Assembly (NCBI RefSeq): GCF_001194135.2
Contig: NC_068984.1
Location: forward strand, 40,979,401 to 41,043,400
Direction of reading: 5' to 3'
From: Octopus bimaculoides
Taxonomy: Eukaryota
Length of the DNA stretch: 64,000 nucleotides
Shown here: positions 12,651 to 52,600 of the stretch, piece after piece
Layout: every line of letters begins with the position of its first letter
How positions within the stretch are numbered: position 1 is the first letter of the stretch
The notes under the pieces: generated by a model
Seen by the model: the letters and a program-made list of their open reading frames with translations, nothing else
What the model was told of the DNA's origin: nothing
Database searches by the model: none
Translations under genes and position numbers: made by a program

Positions 12651-15600
12651 TCCTCCCAACATCGCTTGGTGTGTTTACGTCCCCGTAACTTAGCGGTTCG
12701 GCAAAACAGACCGATAGAATAAGTACTATGCTTCCAAAGAAGAAGTCCTGGGGTCGATTTGCTCGACTAAAGACGGTGCTCCAGCATGGCCGCAGTCAAA
12801 TGGCTGAAACAAGTAAAAGAGTAAACTAACACAGCAGTGTCTCCAATACTTTCATTGCCACATCATCTGAAATGTGAGGTCTGAAATGTGAGGTCTGAAA
12901 TATTAAGTTTTAATTAAACTATATTTCTCCCTAGCTTTAATTAATCTATTTCACTCAGGGGTAGTCTCAACTGTCAGAACAACACAGTTTCATGATGTAT
13001 CATAGACGTGCCTCTGTGTTTAAGACATTTGCTTCATAACTACTTAGCTTTGATTTCAGTCCTGCTGTTCAGCACCTTGGGCAAGTTAACTTTTACTAAT
13101 GCCTCAGACTGGCCAATGCTTTCTAACTAAATTTGGTAGATGGAAACTGCACACAGCCCATTGTATGAGTGTGTGAGGTGGGGTGTTTGTTTACATTTGA
13201 GCGTCTTCAAGAATTACCAAGCTCTAAGTGTTAACATTTTTATCATTTCCCCTGTCACAGAATCATCCTGTTCCATTCCATGTCCTTACCACTGAAGGAA
13301 TATATTTCCTGCAAACATCTATCGTTATTTTTCTCTTCTACTTGTTTCAGTCATTAGACTGTGGCCATGCTAGTGTACTGCCTTGAAGAGTTTAATGGAA
13401 CAAATCAACACCAGTATTTTTATTCTTATGTTTGGTATTTAATTTGGCAGTCTCTTTTGCCAGTCTCTTGAGGATGTACACAAACCAACACCAGCTGTCA
13501 AACAGTGTGGGTGGGGGACACAAACATAAAGACACACACACATATATTTAACAGTTTTCTACATAATTTCTGTTTACTACCAAATTCACTCACAAGGCAT
13601 TGGTCAGTCAGGGTTATAGTAGAAGGCACTTGCCCAAGGTGTCATATAGTAGGACTGAACCTGAAACTGCATGGTTGCAAAGCAAGCTTCTTAACCAAGC
13701 ATCCATACCTGTACCTAAGTTTCTTCTCTACTGTTAATATCTCCTATAAATGTCCAACCACTTTCTCATTTTAGATGCTATCAGTCTTTCGTGTTATATA
13801 TCAATACAAAATTACTAACTGAAGAATGCATTGAACTACCATCTCATTGGGCTTTGGGTTAAATCCATTACGGGTGTTTCACTGTATATCTGTGCTGTAC
13901 CGTTTATTGATCAGGTCAAAGATAGAACATGTTCTAGATTTTCAAAAACATGTTTGGAAAAATAAAATGAAGAGGAGACATACAAGGAAACAACTATAGA
14001 TGCTTGTTCAAAATAGTCAGCATCATCAAAGATGATTGAGAGCCTCTCTGTGGTTTACTTGACCTGCTGGGAATAGCATCCAGATCTCCTTCAAACCATA
14101 TCCTATTGCCTTAGATAAAGTAAGATGCATTGGGTAATGTAATACTTGATAAATAAAATGTTGGAAAGGCGTGTCTTGAACAACTTTCATAAAAGGGTGT
14201 TGTTGAGTCACGACTGACCTTGGACTATATAACAACAACAACCACATGACTATAATTCACTTCTTTTATAGACAATATGTCAATAACAAGACCAGCAACC
14301 ACATGGCTTTTTTCATAGTCAGTATTACAACAACTACCACCTGGCTACAGTTCAGTTATTTTGCATGGAATATGTCAATAAGAAAGGTTGCTTTTTTTTT
14401 TTTTTTTCTAAATGTTAAAAATAAACAAGTGGAGCAAGCAGTCTTTGAACAATATGTTTAAATCATAAACAACAACAATGAAAAGCAAGTTGTTTCTGAG
14501 GAGACTTTCCCAACGTTAAAAGTAGGACAAGTCATTATTTTATAGCTGAATTTGTTTAGCTTGAAAAAGTTCGGAGACATGCCTATTTAACTGTTAGAAA
14601 CATTTTCCTTGTTTTCAAGTGATAGTCTTCAGAGTGTTGGTAGGAAACATAATACTGCACAGCACATAGTTTCATTAAATGAGCAGCAGTATGAAAAAGT
14701 AATTTTCTTTTCCACCAATATAGAGTGGATTTTCTAATTAATTTTTAGATTGCTTTTCTAAGAAAGCATTTTCTAATTAATTTTCAAATCTCTTTGCGAA
14801 AAAAAACATTTTGTATCTAATTAAAATATTTTTAGTTTTCTTTCCAATAGCCTTTTCACATGTAGCTACCTAGGATAACTCCTCAATATCTCAGCATTAC
14901 TGAATAGTTTGATATGAATTCAAGATTGTTTTTAGATAATGAATAAAAAGAAAAATGAAAAGGCTTTGTAACAAGTTTTTGTAAGGGAAGAGGGTTTGCT
15001 GAGGATCAATGTCATAATATCAACATCTGCAATTTCCATTTGCAATCAATCCTATATGATCTAAAGTAATGAAGTTGATATAGTTTTCAGATAAGGTGCT
15101 CTAAATTAATTATATTTATTCTTCAGGCAGTCAGTGATATTGTAAGGCAAGCTAAGTCTGTAATCCATTTCTATTCCCATTATACTTTATTTACTTACAT
15201 TGCTTGATGCCTTTTGTGAAGTTAATTAGGCTAATTACCCATTGGCACTTCTGATTATGAACAGTCAAACAGAAAATACAGAAATTTGACATTTTACATG
15301 CACTGACTGTTTTAGATAACTAGTATCAGTTTTTGTATCAAATCACTATGATAAATCCTTTTTAATGTTGTTTGCTAAAGGTCTTTTCAGAAAAATAATG
15401 CTTATTCAGAAATACTGATCAGTAATAGATTATTGCATTAATGATACAAGTCTAAAATGTAGATCAGTTACTGAAACTCTGATAGTGGTACGTGTTTGAC
15501 TGAAAAGGCAGTAGTAGTAAAGCTATTTAAAAATTAGTCATTGTGATTATCATAGTCATCATTCCTGAAGAGTAAGTTACTTGCCAAATTACTTGAGACT

Positions 15601-17429
15601 GACATCCACTTACAGACATGAATGTGAGTTTAAACAAAAGTTTACTGTAATCTTGTTGTTGTGTAAGGGTAACTGAGAAAGCAAAATGAAAATGCTGACG
15701 ATATAACTTTAAAACAATGTTCAGTAGTAACACTACACTTCATAGAAATTTTGTACTTTTCTAGAGAAGACATTGTAGGCTAAGGCCCTGGTGCCAAAAC
15801 TTTGGAGGTAGCATACATGCAGTAGATGGATTCAGACAAGGTTGGTATATAGCCATCAACTTCCAAGATAAAAAACTGTTATAATAGCAGTGACAGAGAC
15901 AGAAATTCATTACTCTTTAATCAGAAGCTTTAACTTGCATGTTCTATCAAGATTCTATGAGGGATGTAGATTGGCAGTTTTGGTAGAGGAATGGACAAAA
16001 TGACTTGTGGTATTTATTTACATGTCTTTACACTTTGACTCCAAATCTCTGTGGAGACAACTTTGTCTTTCATCTTTGCAGTTTCACAGTTAATTAATTG
16101 TTCTCTATCCCAAAATTTGAGGCCATGTGTACCATGTAATCAAAGGTAAAACTACATCGTTGGAGGCAATCTTCTAGTGCATGATATTGTATGATTCTTG
16201 TTACAAAATCATAAAAGCGATACCTTGTTGATAAGTTAATGATTCTTTATAGTTGACTTGCCACTTGGCATTAACTTGTGTTACCACAATGCCATGACTT
16301 AGAGAATATCCCTAACTGGCTGGTTCAGGTACTTGGTAGCAATTGCTTTTGTTTATGTCTACAAAGTACTATGTCGAAGACAATAGGGTGTGAAATTGGA
16401 GGTTGTTTGACTATTGTTTCTTGTAGGCTAAGTGAACACATTGTGGCTGTCTCATTAACTAGGCTTCTCTCAGTTTGTTAAATTAAATTAAATAAGCTGT
16501 TATTGGTGATATTTATCCTGGTGAAATGTAACAAGTAGCTTCATTTACAATTTGTTTGAATCTCTTGATACTATCATTTTTTTTTATTCATCAAATTGAT
16601 TTTAAAACTGCTGGCCAAGACAAATATTAAGATGTCATGAAAGTTGGGTGTTGACTAAACTGTTTATGTATACTAACTTTATTAATTTATGGTGAAGCAT
16701 ATCACAGTACATTTTAAACTGTTGCATTTGTTAAGTGTTATACTATGTCGCACATGTAACTTGTTAGATCATGTTTGTTATCATTGTGAAATATCTGTTG
16801 TCTTGTATGTCTCTAATTTTTTTTTGCGGAAAAGGCTTTTCTTTAAAAAAAAAAAATCTGTTACTGCAATAAGCTATTAGAAGATGCAAAATTATAACAG
16901 AAAAATCGATCCCACTTCAGACTTCCTTCTAAACCTGTACTAGTGTATTTTATGCATTGTTATATGCAAAAATAACATGTACATAAATAAATGCACATCT
17001 TTGCATGCACATGTAATCTCTTAATCCTGAACATATAATATTACCAGTGCTTTATATATATCTGTGTGTGTGTGTGTGTGTGTGTGTGCATGCACCTATA
17101 TGTGTGTATATATATCTGTGTATGTGTGTATCTTCATCATCATAATTTAACATCTGTTTTCCACAATTACATGGATTGGAGAGTTTGCATGGTCTGATGT
17201 GCCACAGTGCAGTATCAAGCCCCTATGCTTTGGCATGGTTCCTATGACTGGATGCCCTTCCTATATGTTCAGGGTGCTTTTTTCATGACATTAGCACTAG
17301 TGAGGTCATCAAATAACTTACAAGATAAAGTTAAGAAAGGGAAAGGAAGAAGCCCTCTTGACTGAGTGAGAATGTATTTCAGAGAAAGGGCGTAGCTTTA
17401 TATGAGGTGTTGACTTAAAGTCACCACCT

Positions 17430-17472
<43 letters not shown>

Positions 17473-17811
17473 AGAGTTTGTGTGTGTGTGTGCATATGTT
17501 CCTTATGGATTCGAAAACTGCATTGTCAATTTTCGAATTTACTAGAAAAATAACCTCAAAAACGAGGTCAGGTTGCACAATTTTGAGGTTTTAGCTAAGG
17601 GAGGCAACTCTGCCTGACACCAAACTTGATTTAACAACAAATGTAAACACACGCACACACACATACACATGTTAGGTTGAGAAGTTTGCTTCTCAACCAC
17701 ATAGTTCCATGTTCAGTCCCTCTGCGTGGTACCTTGGGTAAGTGTTTTCTACTGTAGCCCTAGGCCAACTACAGACTTATGACTGAATTTGGTAGATGGA
17801 AGGTACTGTGT

Positions 17812-17965
17812 TGTTCACCAGAAAATGACCAAAAAACATGTTCGTAAAGAAAAGTTGTTTGCTTCATACTCCTCGTGTGCCGATTCTGTGCATAAGAAAG
17901 GAACAAATAATACAATGTAGCTGTAGGTCATAACACCCAGGCAACACTGGCGTGCATTGCTAGTA
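17812..17965 (-). mobile_element. Helitron-like 5' end fragment
   Basis: Minus strand begins TACTAGCAATGCACGCCAGTGTTGCCTGGG, similar to the 31807 terminus, and abuts a (TA)n tract. Confidence 0.45.
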
Positions 17966-18428
17966 TATATATATATATATATATAGATATAGATATAAAT
18001 GTGTGTGCATGCATATATGTATGTATATATAGAGTCAACAGATGAGATCCAGAGATGCTCAATATAGAAAACAGTAGCATTCAAATTATTTGAACTTACA
18101 CTCCAAAATCTTTACTGAGAGTTAAGTCCGCAGGGTAAAGAGTGGCTAGCTCCTCACCTTATCTCTATACACATACACACACATGTATGTATATGTGTAT
18201 ACTTTTATATATATATGAATACACATGTGCCTAGACACACACACACACAGTCATAAGTAAACTTTTCCTACATAATTCAGTAGTAACTTGTATAATCCAT
18301 CTCATTTATTGCAAATCCAATTTAACTTTCCTTCCAAATGTAAACTGTCTAAATCAAAGAAATTCAACCTTCATTGCTGTAGCAATAAAATTTTGTCTTA
18401 TTTTCAATTAATCTCTATATTTTCTCAG

Positions 18429-43504
<25,076 letters not shown>

Positions 43505-46479
43505 GGTGAACTGCCATCTTTCAGAAACAAAGACCCCCTATATACATATATATATATAAACTTGTTTTGAGGATAGCTTTGCTTTCCTTTCAGACAAGAA
43601 TTGAGGAAAATTCTGCTGCTCTATTTTGGTTTCCACCCTAACGAATGTAAAACTGAAAAATTGTGTATCACTTTGTGAATATTTAGAGGAAAAAAAAAAA
43701 AATCATTCAAATGCTTCCCCTTCACCCTATCTGGTTTATTAGTTTTAGGTTCATTTGAAGTCAGTGGTTATGATGACTTTCTTGTTACCTGACCCTTATA
43801 AACCCAAAATGTCAATTTAAATGGGAGTGATTAGATGAGAAATTCCTAAATTTCTGTCTAACTAGAACCTTTCTTTCCTTGTCAATCTCATTAAAATATC
43901 AATATATGACTGAAGATAGAATTCAATGAAGCAGAAAAATTTGTATTTCATTGAGAATTTAATTATTCATTTCACAATTCTAGTGATTTTTAAAACATTT
44001 GACCTGTATTTACAAATTTACAGGTGAATCTTTTTTCTTTGCTATTCATTGAGGGTTTTTTTTTTCTGTTATAACATACATCATTTCAATATTTTTTTTT
44101 CTTTTAAGTTTCATGGTAGCCTTTATACATTATATTCTAATGAAATTTTTTTATCAAAACTTATCCTCAGTATTTCAGGGTATGATTTAACAGTACCAAT
44201 ACATTTTGATTGTAAAAGTGATTACAAATTTGAAGTGGCTTTGATATTTTCCTTTCTTTTTAAAAACAAACAAAACAAATGAAGCCATGCCAGCTTATGC
44301 TGCAATATAAAAAAAAATATATATATTTGCTTTCACTTTTTCACTTACCTAAAATTCCCAAACACAAAATTTTGATAATTTTCATCTCATATAATTGAAA
44401 TTATGTTGAAGAAACTAAATTTTAAAATTATTTTAAAGATCTCTTTCCATGAAACATCAAAAAAAGAAAATGAAATGAATTTTTTTTTTTTTGAAACTTA
44501 TTGATTTATCTTTAAAAACTATTTCTACAATCTCTCAATTGCCACATTCATTTGGCTTGTGATAATAAACATTGAGAAAAGAGAATGCACTCATACTGCT
44601 GAAATTCTAATTACATTGCAGATAAATTTGAAATAAGATAGCTTACAAAATATTTTCAGATTAAATATTTAAAGTAATTTCTTTCATTTTATCATTTATA
44701 AAAGATAGAGCTGACTATGCATTTTCAACAGTCTTGTGTTTTCTATATTTTATAATTTAAGCTTACTATATTTGTATAAGGCATGCTTTACTGACATAGA
44801 AGTCAACAGCTTTCAGCAAGCTATTAAATTAAACCCTCAAGTGAGTGTTGTGAAAAAAAAAATGCAATGATCAAATAGTATCAGCCTTTCCGCTACTACC
44901 TCCTATCTGATCACAGGCATTGCACCTCCATCATAAAACTAAATTCCACTGCATCTTCAACTGAAATAGAAACTATCAGGCTGTAATAGCCCAAAAAATG
45001 TTTTTTTTTTCTTTATCAAGACTGGTTCTAAAGACTTTTAAAGTTGATGTAGATATTTCTTGAGACTTGAAAACTGTGAATTCAATTTCATTAGAAAAAT
45101 ATCAAACATGAGCGTATGTATATGTATATATATACACACACACACAAGCTTTCAAGTGTTTACAAAAATTTTAACTAAGGGCAGGTGATAATAGGTTCTA
45201 AATTTTCAATCTAGTCAGTGTATGAGTGAAATAGTCTTGTTTTATTTATTTATTGAATTCACTTCAATTACTCAGCATATTGAGAAAAATGTCAACATTT
45301 GCTTTGTACAAAGTTAAAACACGGAAATAAAGTTGAACACACACAGTTCTTGTTATTGTTTTTTAATAGTTTTTACCTGATTTACATTTATTTATTGATT
45401 TTCTTTTTGTTTGTATTATACATTTATTTCTGTACTAAAAAAAAATGATAATCTGAAATTCCTTCTCATAATCAAGGATTGGCATTAACAAGTGCAACTG
45501 CCTCTTACTGAGATCAAAGAGAATGTAGAACCAACAGTGTTTTGCTTCATTTTTTTTTTTGAGGGGGGGGAAGGTGGGAGAGGGGGATCTATTTGCCCTC
45601 ATGCTCTGCAGATAATTTGATTGCTTTGCTTAGATCAATATTAAAAAAAAAAAAACATCCTAATTTCTTAAATAAGAGGTTTATCTGATGGAGAGAAAAA
45701 GCATATTATTATTATTAAATAAATGTTCATGTGACTGAATTTACACTGAATCAAAAACTGGTTGATCTGGTGGGTTTAGCCTCCATCCAACCCATCCCAT
45801 TTTAGATCTGCATATTCATAGCTTAAAAGGCCACAGAAAACTACTGGAATGAAATTGCCAAGTATGGCAGGACCGGCTTTCTTGGTTATTTGTACGCAAA
45901 TAACAAGGGCTCTGGCTACAATTATTCGATGCACATCTTCATTACTGCATTTCAGATTTAATTATTTAACAGAATTCTTTTGGTTTTAATTTTAATGAAA
46001 CCTAAGTAATAATCGACTCCCATCTGTCATTACAAAAGAAAAAGAAATTTGCATGAATGTTTAATAAGAAAAAAAAAACAGGAGGTGAGATATTGACAAT
46101 GTAGCAGTTACAGTGTGTTTTGGCAATCTCTTTGAAAGGACTGTGTAAATAGTTATCAAAGATGGAATTTGGTCACAGTAACTACAACACTGTACACTCA
46201 CAAAGTGATTGTCCTTTCAAAGGAACATTTTCCAGACCAAAGACAGAGGAAGGATGTAAATTTTTTAAAGCACTTGTTGATCCAATTATATAATGACCTT
46301 GTCCATTCTTTAAATTTAAAATAACAAAACTCATTTCATCTTTCTCTCTTTCAAGTGGAGCAAAAAAAATAATAATTCCACTTCGTCTTTCAAGTGGGGA
46401 CCAAGAGCAAGTTTTCAGTCTTACATTGCATTTTTTCATTCATTAAGTGTAATCTCCCACAAGGATTAATGCCTTGCCA

Positions 46480-46606
46480 TCACAGTGTCTCTACCAAAAT
46501 TTGAACTTCTTTTAATCCATCATCTAATTGACCCGTAACCTGCATTTTGTCTAGGATCACTTTAATCTGGTCCAGATTTCCATTAATGACTTCACATTTA
46601 TTCATT
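46480..46606 (-). CDS. KATNB1: KATNB1 last coding exon: [41 protein letters not shown]
   Basis: tccag|A ATG...TGA after a 92-nt intron; length and pattern match the human C-terminus LHKCRLC...FRELHLLMASLD. Confidence 0.88.
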
Positions 46607-49600
46607 CTGGAAAGAAAGCAAGAATATTTTTTTCATACAAAGAAAGGAAAGTAACACTGAATTACAAAATACATAATGGCAGTAATATCAATCTGTACCT
46701 TTCTTCCGCAGTGATATCAACACCAATTCCAGCAGCTGGATTTAGACAAGATTTTAGTAAAGGCCCAAATGTTTCCAGTATCAACTTTAGAGTACCACAT
46801 ACAGTTTCAACATATCTGTAATAAATTTTAAATGAATTATCAAGATGATATTTTCAAATAAACAGAAATATCATCATCCCTTTTCCCATGCTAGCATGGG
46901 TTGGAGAGTTAGTCAAGAGCAGACAAGTCAAAGGGCTCTGCCTGGATGCTCTTGCTAATGCCAACCACTTAACAGAAAAATATTTACCGTTTGTGTGGAC
47001 TGGTGATGAGGTCAACTAATTTGGGACTGAGTAGTGTACACAGATCTAAATTCCATAAATCTCTGAAATGAATTACAAGTGAAATTAAAAACTGAAGCAA
47101 AATTTTTTGTGGTTTGAATAAGACAATAAATCTTGTTACAAAAGAAAATAAAGTATAAAAGAAGTTTTTCAGAAAACATTTCTCATGGCTGTAGACAAGA
47201 ATTTATAGATATTTATTTTTTAAACAATTACAAAGCTGAAATATAATTACAATGCAAAAGCATAAATAATTTTATATTTCTATCTGTATAATTTGCAACA
47301 AATACTTCAATGTGAGCCTACTTTTGAAATGTCTACAATCTTTATTTGAATTTCTATTTCATTTTTATAACTGCTTTACAACCAGCAGATCCTATTTTAA
47401 TTAACATAAACTGAAATCCTTATATACATTAATTTTCATCATTCATTCACACAAAACAAAAATATCTGCAGTCAGACTATTCTATTATAATGTGCTAACA
47501 GTCTCTCCCTTTCTCTCTGGTCCATTTCCTCTTGACTTTGGTACACCACAAAGCTTACAAAAGTTCCTTCTGTTTGTACATCGATAACCAGACTACTTAC
47601 ACGTTTAAGATATCATTCTTCCTTCTGATTTCATCTTCCTCACACAGGTGTTATCCACATGCAACATAGACACTATGTACCAGATGTGTACTATTTTCAT
47701 GAACACACAAAGCTCCCAAAATTGCTATAAATTCTAAAACCTCACATATGTGACAGTGAAAGCTGCAACCGAAGCTTAGGTTACCTCTTTGATGTCAGAA
47801 AAATAAACCAGCCAAGATTAATTGCTGGGCCTCTTCAAAATCCAAATTAGATCCACATTGGGTATAACCCAAATATGGTATATGTTTACTACAAACATCC
47901 TAGACCACATCCAAATGACTTACCAACATACTACAAACAAAAGCCCACAAATGCGCTTCTTGCTCTACTTTTGCAACAAGCAACTAAAACAGACCCTTTG
48001 CACCTCTAAATGAGCCACCCTTCTGCTGATCCTTCCTACTATGTCTCATTTCTCAGATTTCACACAAAGCACTTTCTTTTTCCTTACAAATGTTGCAAAC
48101 TTGTAATAATCCTCCCTTCGACAAGTTTTTCTTACAGATTCAAACACTTTGAAGACTGGTAGGAGGAAGAAAGGAAGTTATTTTGAAACTGGAGATCTAC
48201 TTTAAAATCTTGAAACAAAATGTTACTCGGGGGTAAGATGGCAGTGTTAGACCAAACAACAGATTAAATCTACTCTCCTATCCGATGGACTTTCATACAG
48301 TTTTTATCAACCAAGATCCACTGACAAAGTTTTAGTTAACCAAGACAAAGGTAGAAGACATTTGGCCAAAGAACCATGCAGTGGGATCATACTTGAAACC
48401 ATGTGATTGCAATGCAAGACCACACAACCATATATGTAGAAGTTCAAACTAAACCTAAGCCATATCCATCTCACCTATCTGGAAGTACATTCTCTGTTTT
48501 ACTAGTTTCAGTTATTGAACTGCAGCCATAGTAGGGCTTCAAGAACTTAGAGTCACATATGTTGACCATAGAACTTTGGTACTCATTATAGCAATTTTAT
48601 AATGCAAACTGGTAAAATTGGCCTTCGCATAAAGGTTCATTGCTCGAGATATATTAAATACAAGTATTTTTTTTCAACCACCCTACACTTCTGCACCATA
48701 TTTGTTTATCAAATTTTATTTAGAAGACTTTGGTCAACTCCAAACTGTGGTACTAGACACTAGCTCAAAATAACACGCATCATGGGATTGGATCTTGATT
48801 CACATGATTATGAAACACAGCTATAGTAAGAGTTATGTACCTTACTTAAACAATAACCATAGTAAGACTGGAACTTTTGGCTAATTCAATAAACTATACT
48901 TAATTTCAATTACATTTTTCTGTGCCAGCAAGTAACCCAGTTGGAGAAACATCCAGCCTTTTAAATCAAATCTCAGATTAGAAATACCCCAACATTTTTC
49001 CAGCTTGGTAGTGCAAAAACATTGTCTTTTCCAAAGACAGTATAAGATACGAGATGATTTAAATCTAAAATGTAAGTTTTGAAGTTGATAACATAAAAAT
49101 AAGCATTATTTACATTTGATGGATATTTGTCCTCATCTTGTTTGTTGTCAACACAACATTTTGGCTGATATACCATCTAGCCTTCATCAGGGTATATCAG
49201 CTGAAACGTTGCGTAAACAACAAACAAGATGAGGACAAATATCCGTCAGATGTAAATAATATAAATAATGTACATAATTCCTCATCTCTTAAATATAGAA
49301 CTGTATAAGAATAACCAGTTTGCAATTACTTACTTTTTACTATTCATAACACTTAACATATCAATCACAAGAGCTGGGTCTCCAAGATCAATGCATAGTT
49401 TTAGGGCAGCCTGAAAACAATACAAAAACAAATTCATATAAACCATAACTGATAGTGGTTCAGTTAAACTGAATTAGAATCATCATCATCATCATCATCA
49501 TCGTTTAACGTCCGCTTTCCATGCTAGCATGGGTTGGACGATTTGACTGAGGACTGGTGAAACCGGATGGCAACACCAGGCTCCAGTCTGATTTGGCAGA

Positions 49601-52600
49601 GTTTCTACAGCTGGATGCCCTTCCTAACGCCAACCACTCAGAGAGTGTAGTGGGTGCTTTTACGTGTCACCCGCACGAAAACGGCCACGCTCGAAATGGT
49701 GTCTTTTATGTGCCACCCNNNNNNNNNNNNNNNNNNNNNNNNNNNNNNNNNNNNNNNNNNNNNNNNNNNNNNNNNNNNNNNNNNNNNNNNNNNNNNNNNN
49801 NNNNNNNNNNNNNNNNNNNNNNNNNNNNNNNNNNNNNNNNNNNNNNNNNNNNNNNNNNNNNNNNNNNNNNNNNNNNNNNNNNNNNNNNNNNNNNNNNNNN
49901 NNNNNNNNNNNNNNNNNNNNNNNNNNNNNNNNNNNNNNNNNNNNNNNNNNNNNNNNNNNNNNNNNNNNNNNNNNNNNNNNNNNNNNNNNNNNNNNNNNNN
50001 NNNNNNNNNNNNNNNNNNNNNNNNNNNNNNNNNNNNNNNNNNNNNNNNNNNNNNNNNNNNNNNNNNNNNNNNNNNNNNNNNNNNNNNNNNNNNNNNNNNN
50101 NNNNNNNNNNNNNNNNNNNNNNNNNNNNNNNNNNNNNNNNNNNNNNNNNNNNNNNNNNNNNNNNNNNNNNNNNNNNNNNNNNNNNNNNNNNNNNNNNNNN
50201 NNNNNNNNNNNNNNNNNNNNNNNNNNNNNNNNNNNNNNNNNNNNNNNNNNNNNNNNNNNNNNNNNNNNNNNNNNNNNNNNNNNNNNNNNNNNNNNNNNNN
50301 NNNNNNNNNNNNNNNNNNNNNNNNNNNNNNNNNNNNNNNNNNNNNNNNNNNNNNNNNNNNNNNNNNNNNNNNNNNNNNNNNNNNNNNNNNNNNNNNNNNN
50401 NNNNNNNNNNNNNNNNNNNNNNNNNNNNNNNNNNNNNNNNNNNNNNNNNNNNNNNNNNNNNNNNNNNNNNNNNNNNNNNNNNNNNNNNNNNNNNNNNNNN
50501 NNNNNNNNNNNNNNNNNNNNNNNNNNNNNNNNNNNNGTGTCCATAGCTTGCACCGGGTACATCTTATAGAGTTACTACCTACTCCTTTTCTACATACTGA
50601 GCAGGGCCATCTACCTGAAGGGGTTTGTGTTTTATCTACCTTCCTACTTATTAGGATTTTGGTTTTAGCTAGGTTGACTCTAAGGCCCTTCAATTCTAGA
50701 CCTTGCTTCCACACCTGAAACTTCTCCTCTAGTTCTGATAGTGACTCCGCAATTAGGGCAAGGTCATCAGCATAGAGGAGCTCCCAGGGGCAACCTGTCT
50801 TGAACTCCTCTGTGATTGCCTGGAGGACTATGGTAAATAATAGGGGGCTGAGGACGGAACCTTGGTGGACCCCTACCTCTACCCGGAATTCATTGCTTCT
50901 ATTAAAAATGGATAACTAATTACACATTTTGAAGATGACAGCTCCGAAATGGAATCACATCAAGGTCAATATTGTTTTTATTTATTTAAATGATCAACAA
51001 AATAAAGAGCTCCTACATGGTTATTCAACTTGCAAGAAATAACAATCAAATTCTTTTAAGCCAAATCTTACAAAAAGGACAAAAATATTTGATATTGTAG
51101 TCCTTAATATTTTGTGTGAAAATAAGATAGAATCTCATAGTTGGAATGTTTTGACCATAAGATTAGTGTTATCCTGGGAGCATAAACAACAATAATAAGA
51201 CATTTATTTCTTGCACATGAAATTATTTTTGAATCAGAACCTACCCTGGCATTATCGTACTTCCATTTATCTTCAATTTTCATTAAATTTGCACTTCTCT
51301 CGTGTAGTTTCTCAATTACAGCACTATGACCTTTTTCAATCTGGTTGAATATCTCAGCTTCTAACTCCTGTACGGCAATTGCATTAATTAATAAAAAAAA
51401 AAAAAAAAAAAACTCTCATTACTTTACTGCTGTACTTAAAATTACACTTTTCAATCAACAATTTTTTTTAAAATTTATAAATATAAAACATTTTACATAT
51501 TTCTTTACTCATATTGTCTGTCTATGAGTCTGGTAAGCACCACAGAACAAGAATGAATTCGTAGTGAACATTTCAGTTTAATTCTTTCTGAAACCATTTT
51601 GCTTTATTTATGCTGCCTTTAGAAAAGACTTGAACTCTGCAAGCCAAATAGCTGGGCCCTACATGGCTGCTCAACATGTTAGAAATAATTTTTAAAAAGC
51701 TCACTTCAAATGTCCCTCTAATCACACCCTACAATCTTATCTATAAAAAGAAAAAAATGATACATTGGACAATTCAATCCTAGATACATGGAAAGATGAG
51801 ACAGTCATGGCCGAAACAACTTTCATTATAATGTTGCTCAATCAGTTTTTTTTCTTTCTTTCTTTTTTACGGTTTATTCCAAGGAGGAAGGGTAGTGATT
51901 CTGATGTTTTGGGGGGTTTTTAAGGAATGCAAGACTGATTAGAAGAACCAAGAACACTAGGGTTAGGGTCAGACTTCAGACCTGACTTAATTGCTGACAA
52001 CAGAGTGAACCCAAGTAGAAGTATCCATGGACCAAGTGCTGGTGTTAAACTAAACTATCGAAAAACAGGAATGGTCCAACAGAAGCTTCTACACACTTCC
52101 ATCCATGAGATTTCATTCACAAAGTTTTGGTTGATCTTGAGTCTTTAGTAGAAGACACTTTCCAAGGTGCCACACAATGAGATCAAACTAACAAAAAAAA
52201 AAATGGTTTACTTAAAGCCTGTTCTGTCACTGATTGTTTGTTGCCTTGTTAGGAATGACTTTGAATAAAAAACATATTTCAAAATGACCAAATAAATGAG
52301 GTGCTGTAACTGTCCAGTTGAAAGTAAAATACTGACATTAAAATTAATGTAAAAGACATATTTTCCATGACTTCCAAAATATTGAGGTAAAAAATATACA
52401 AGATAAATTTTTTTTAAAAGTTGTATTATCAAAAAAAAAAAAAAAAAAAAAAAAAANNNNNNNNNNNNNAAGAAAAAAAAGAATTATCAAACTTACTCCA
52501 CCACCTAATAATTTCGGGGATATTTTACTCTGAGGCTTAAGATGTTCTCTGTTGTTCGAAATAACTAAAAATAAAAAAATAACAGCAGTAAGTGATAAGC

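Noticed and set aside
7355-12693. ORF-track entries rich in IYIY, THTH, SLSL or X (also at 3905-4264, 32319-33900, 41339-41682, 49557-50718, 53681-53967)
   Set aside because: They are artefacts of microsatellites and N gaps; only the RTE and mariner portions are real, and these are listed as mobile elements.
14026-14247. 73-aa minus ORF (…LSKAIGYGLKEIWMLFPAGQ…) that looks protein-like
   Set aside because: No convincing splice sites or recognisable family. The faint resemblance to transposase or LINE peptides is not enough to call. A tBLASTx search would settle it.
52215-52262. Possible extra KATNB1 exon ([15 protein letters not shown])
   Set aside because: Phase 0 in and 2 out is incompatible with the next exon; the other frames contain stops.
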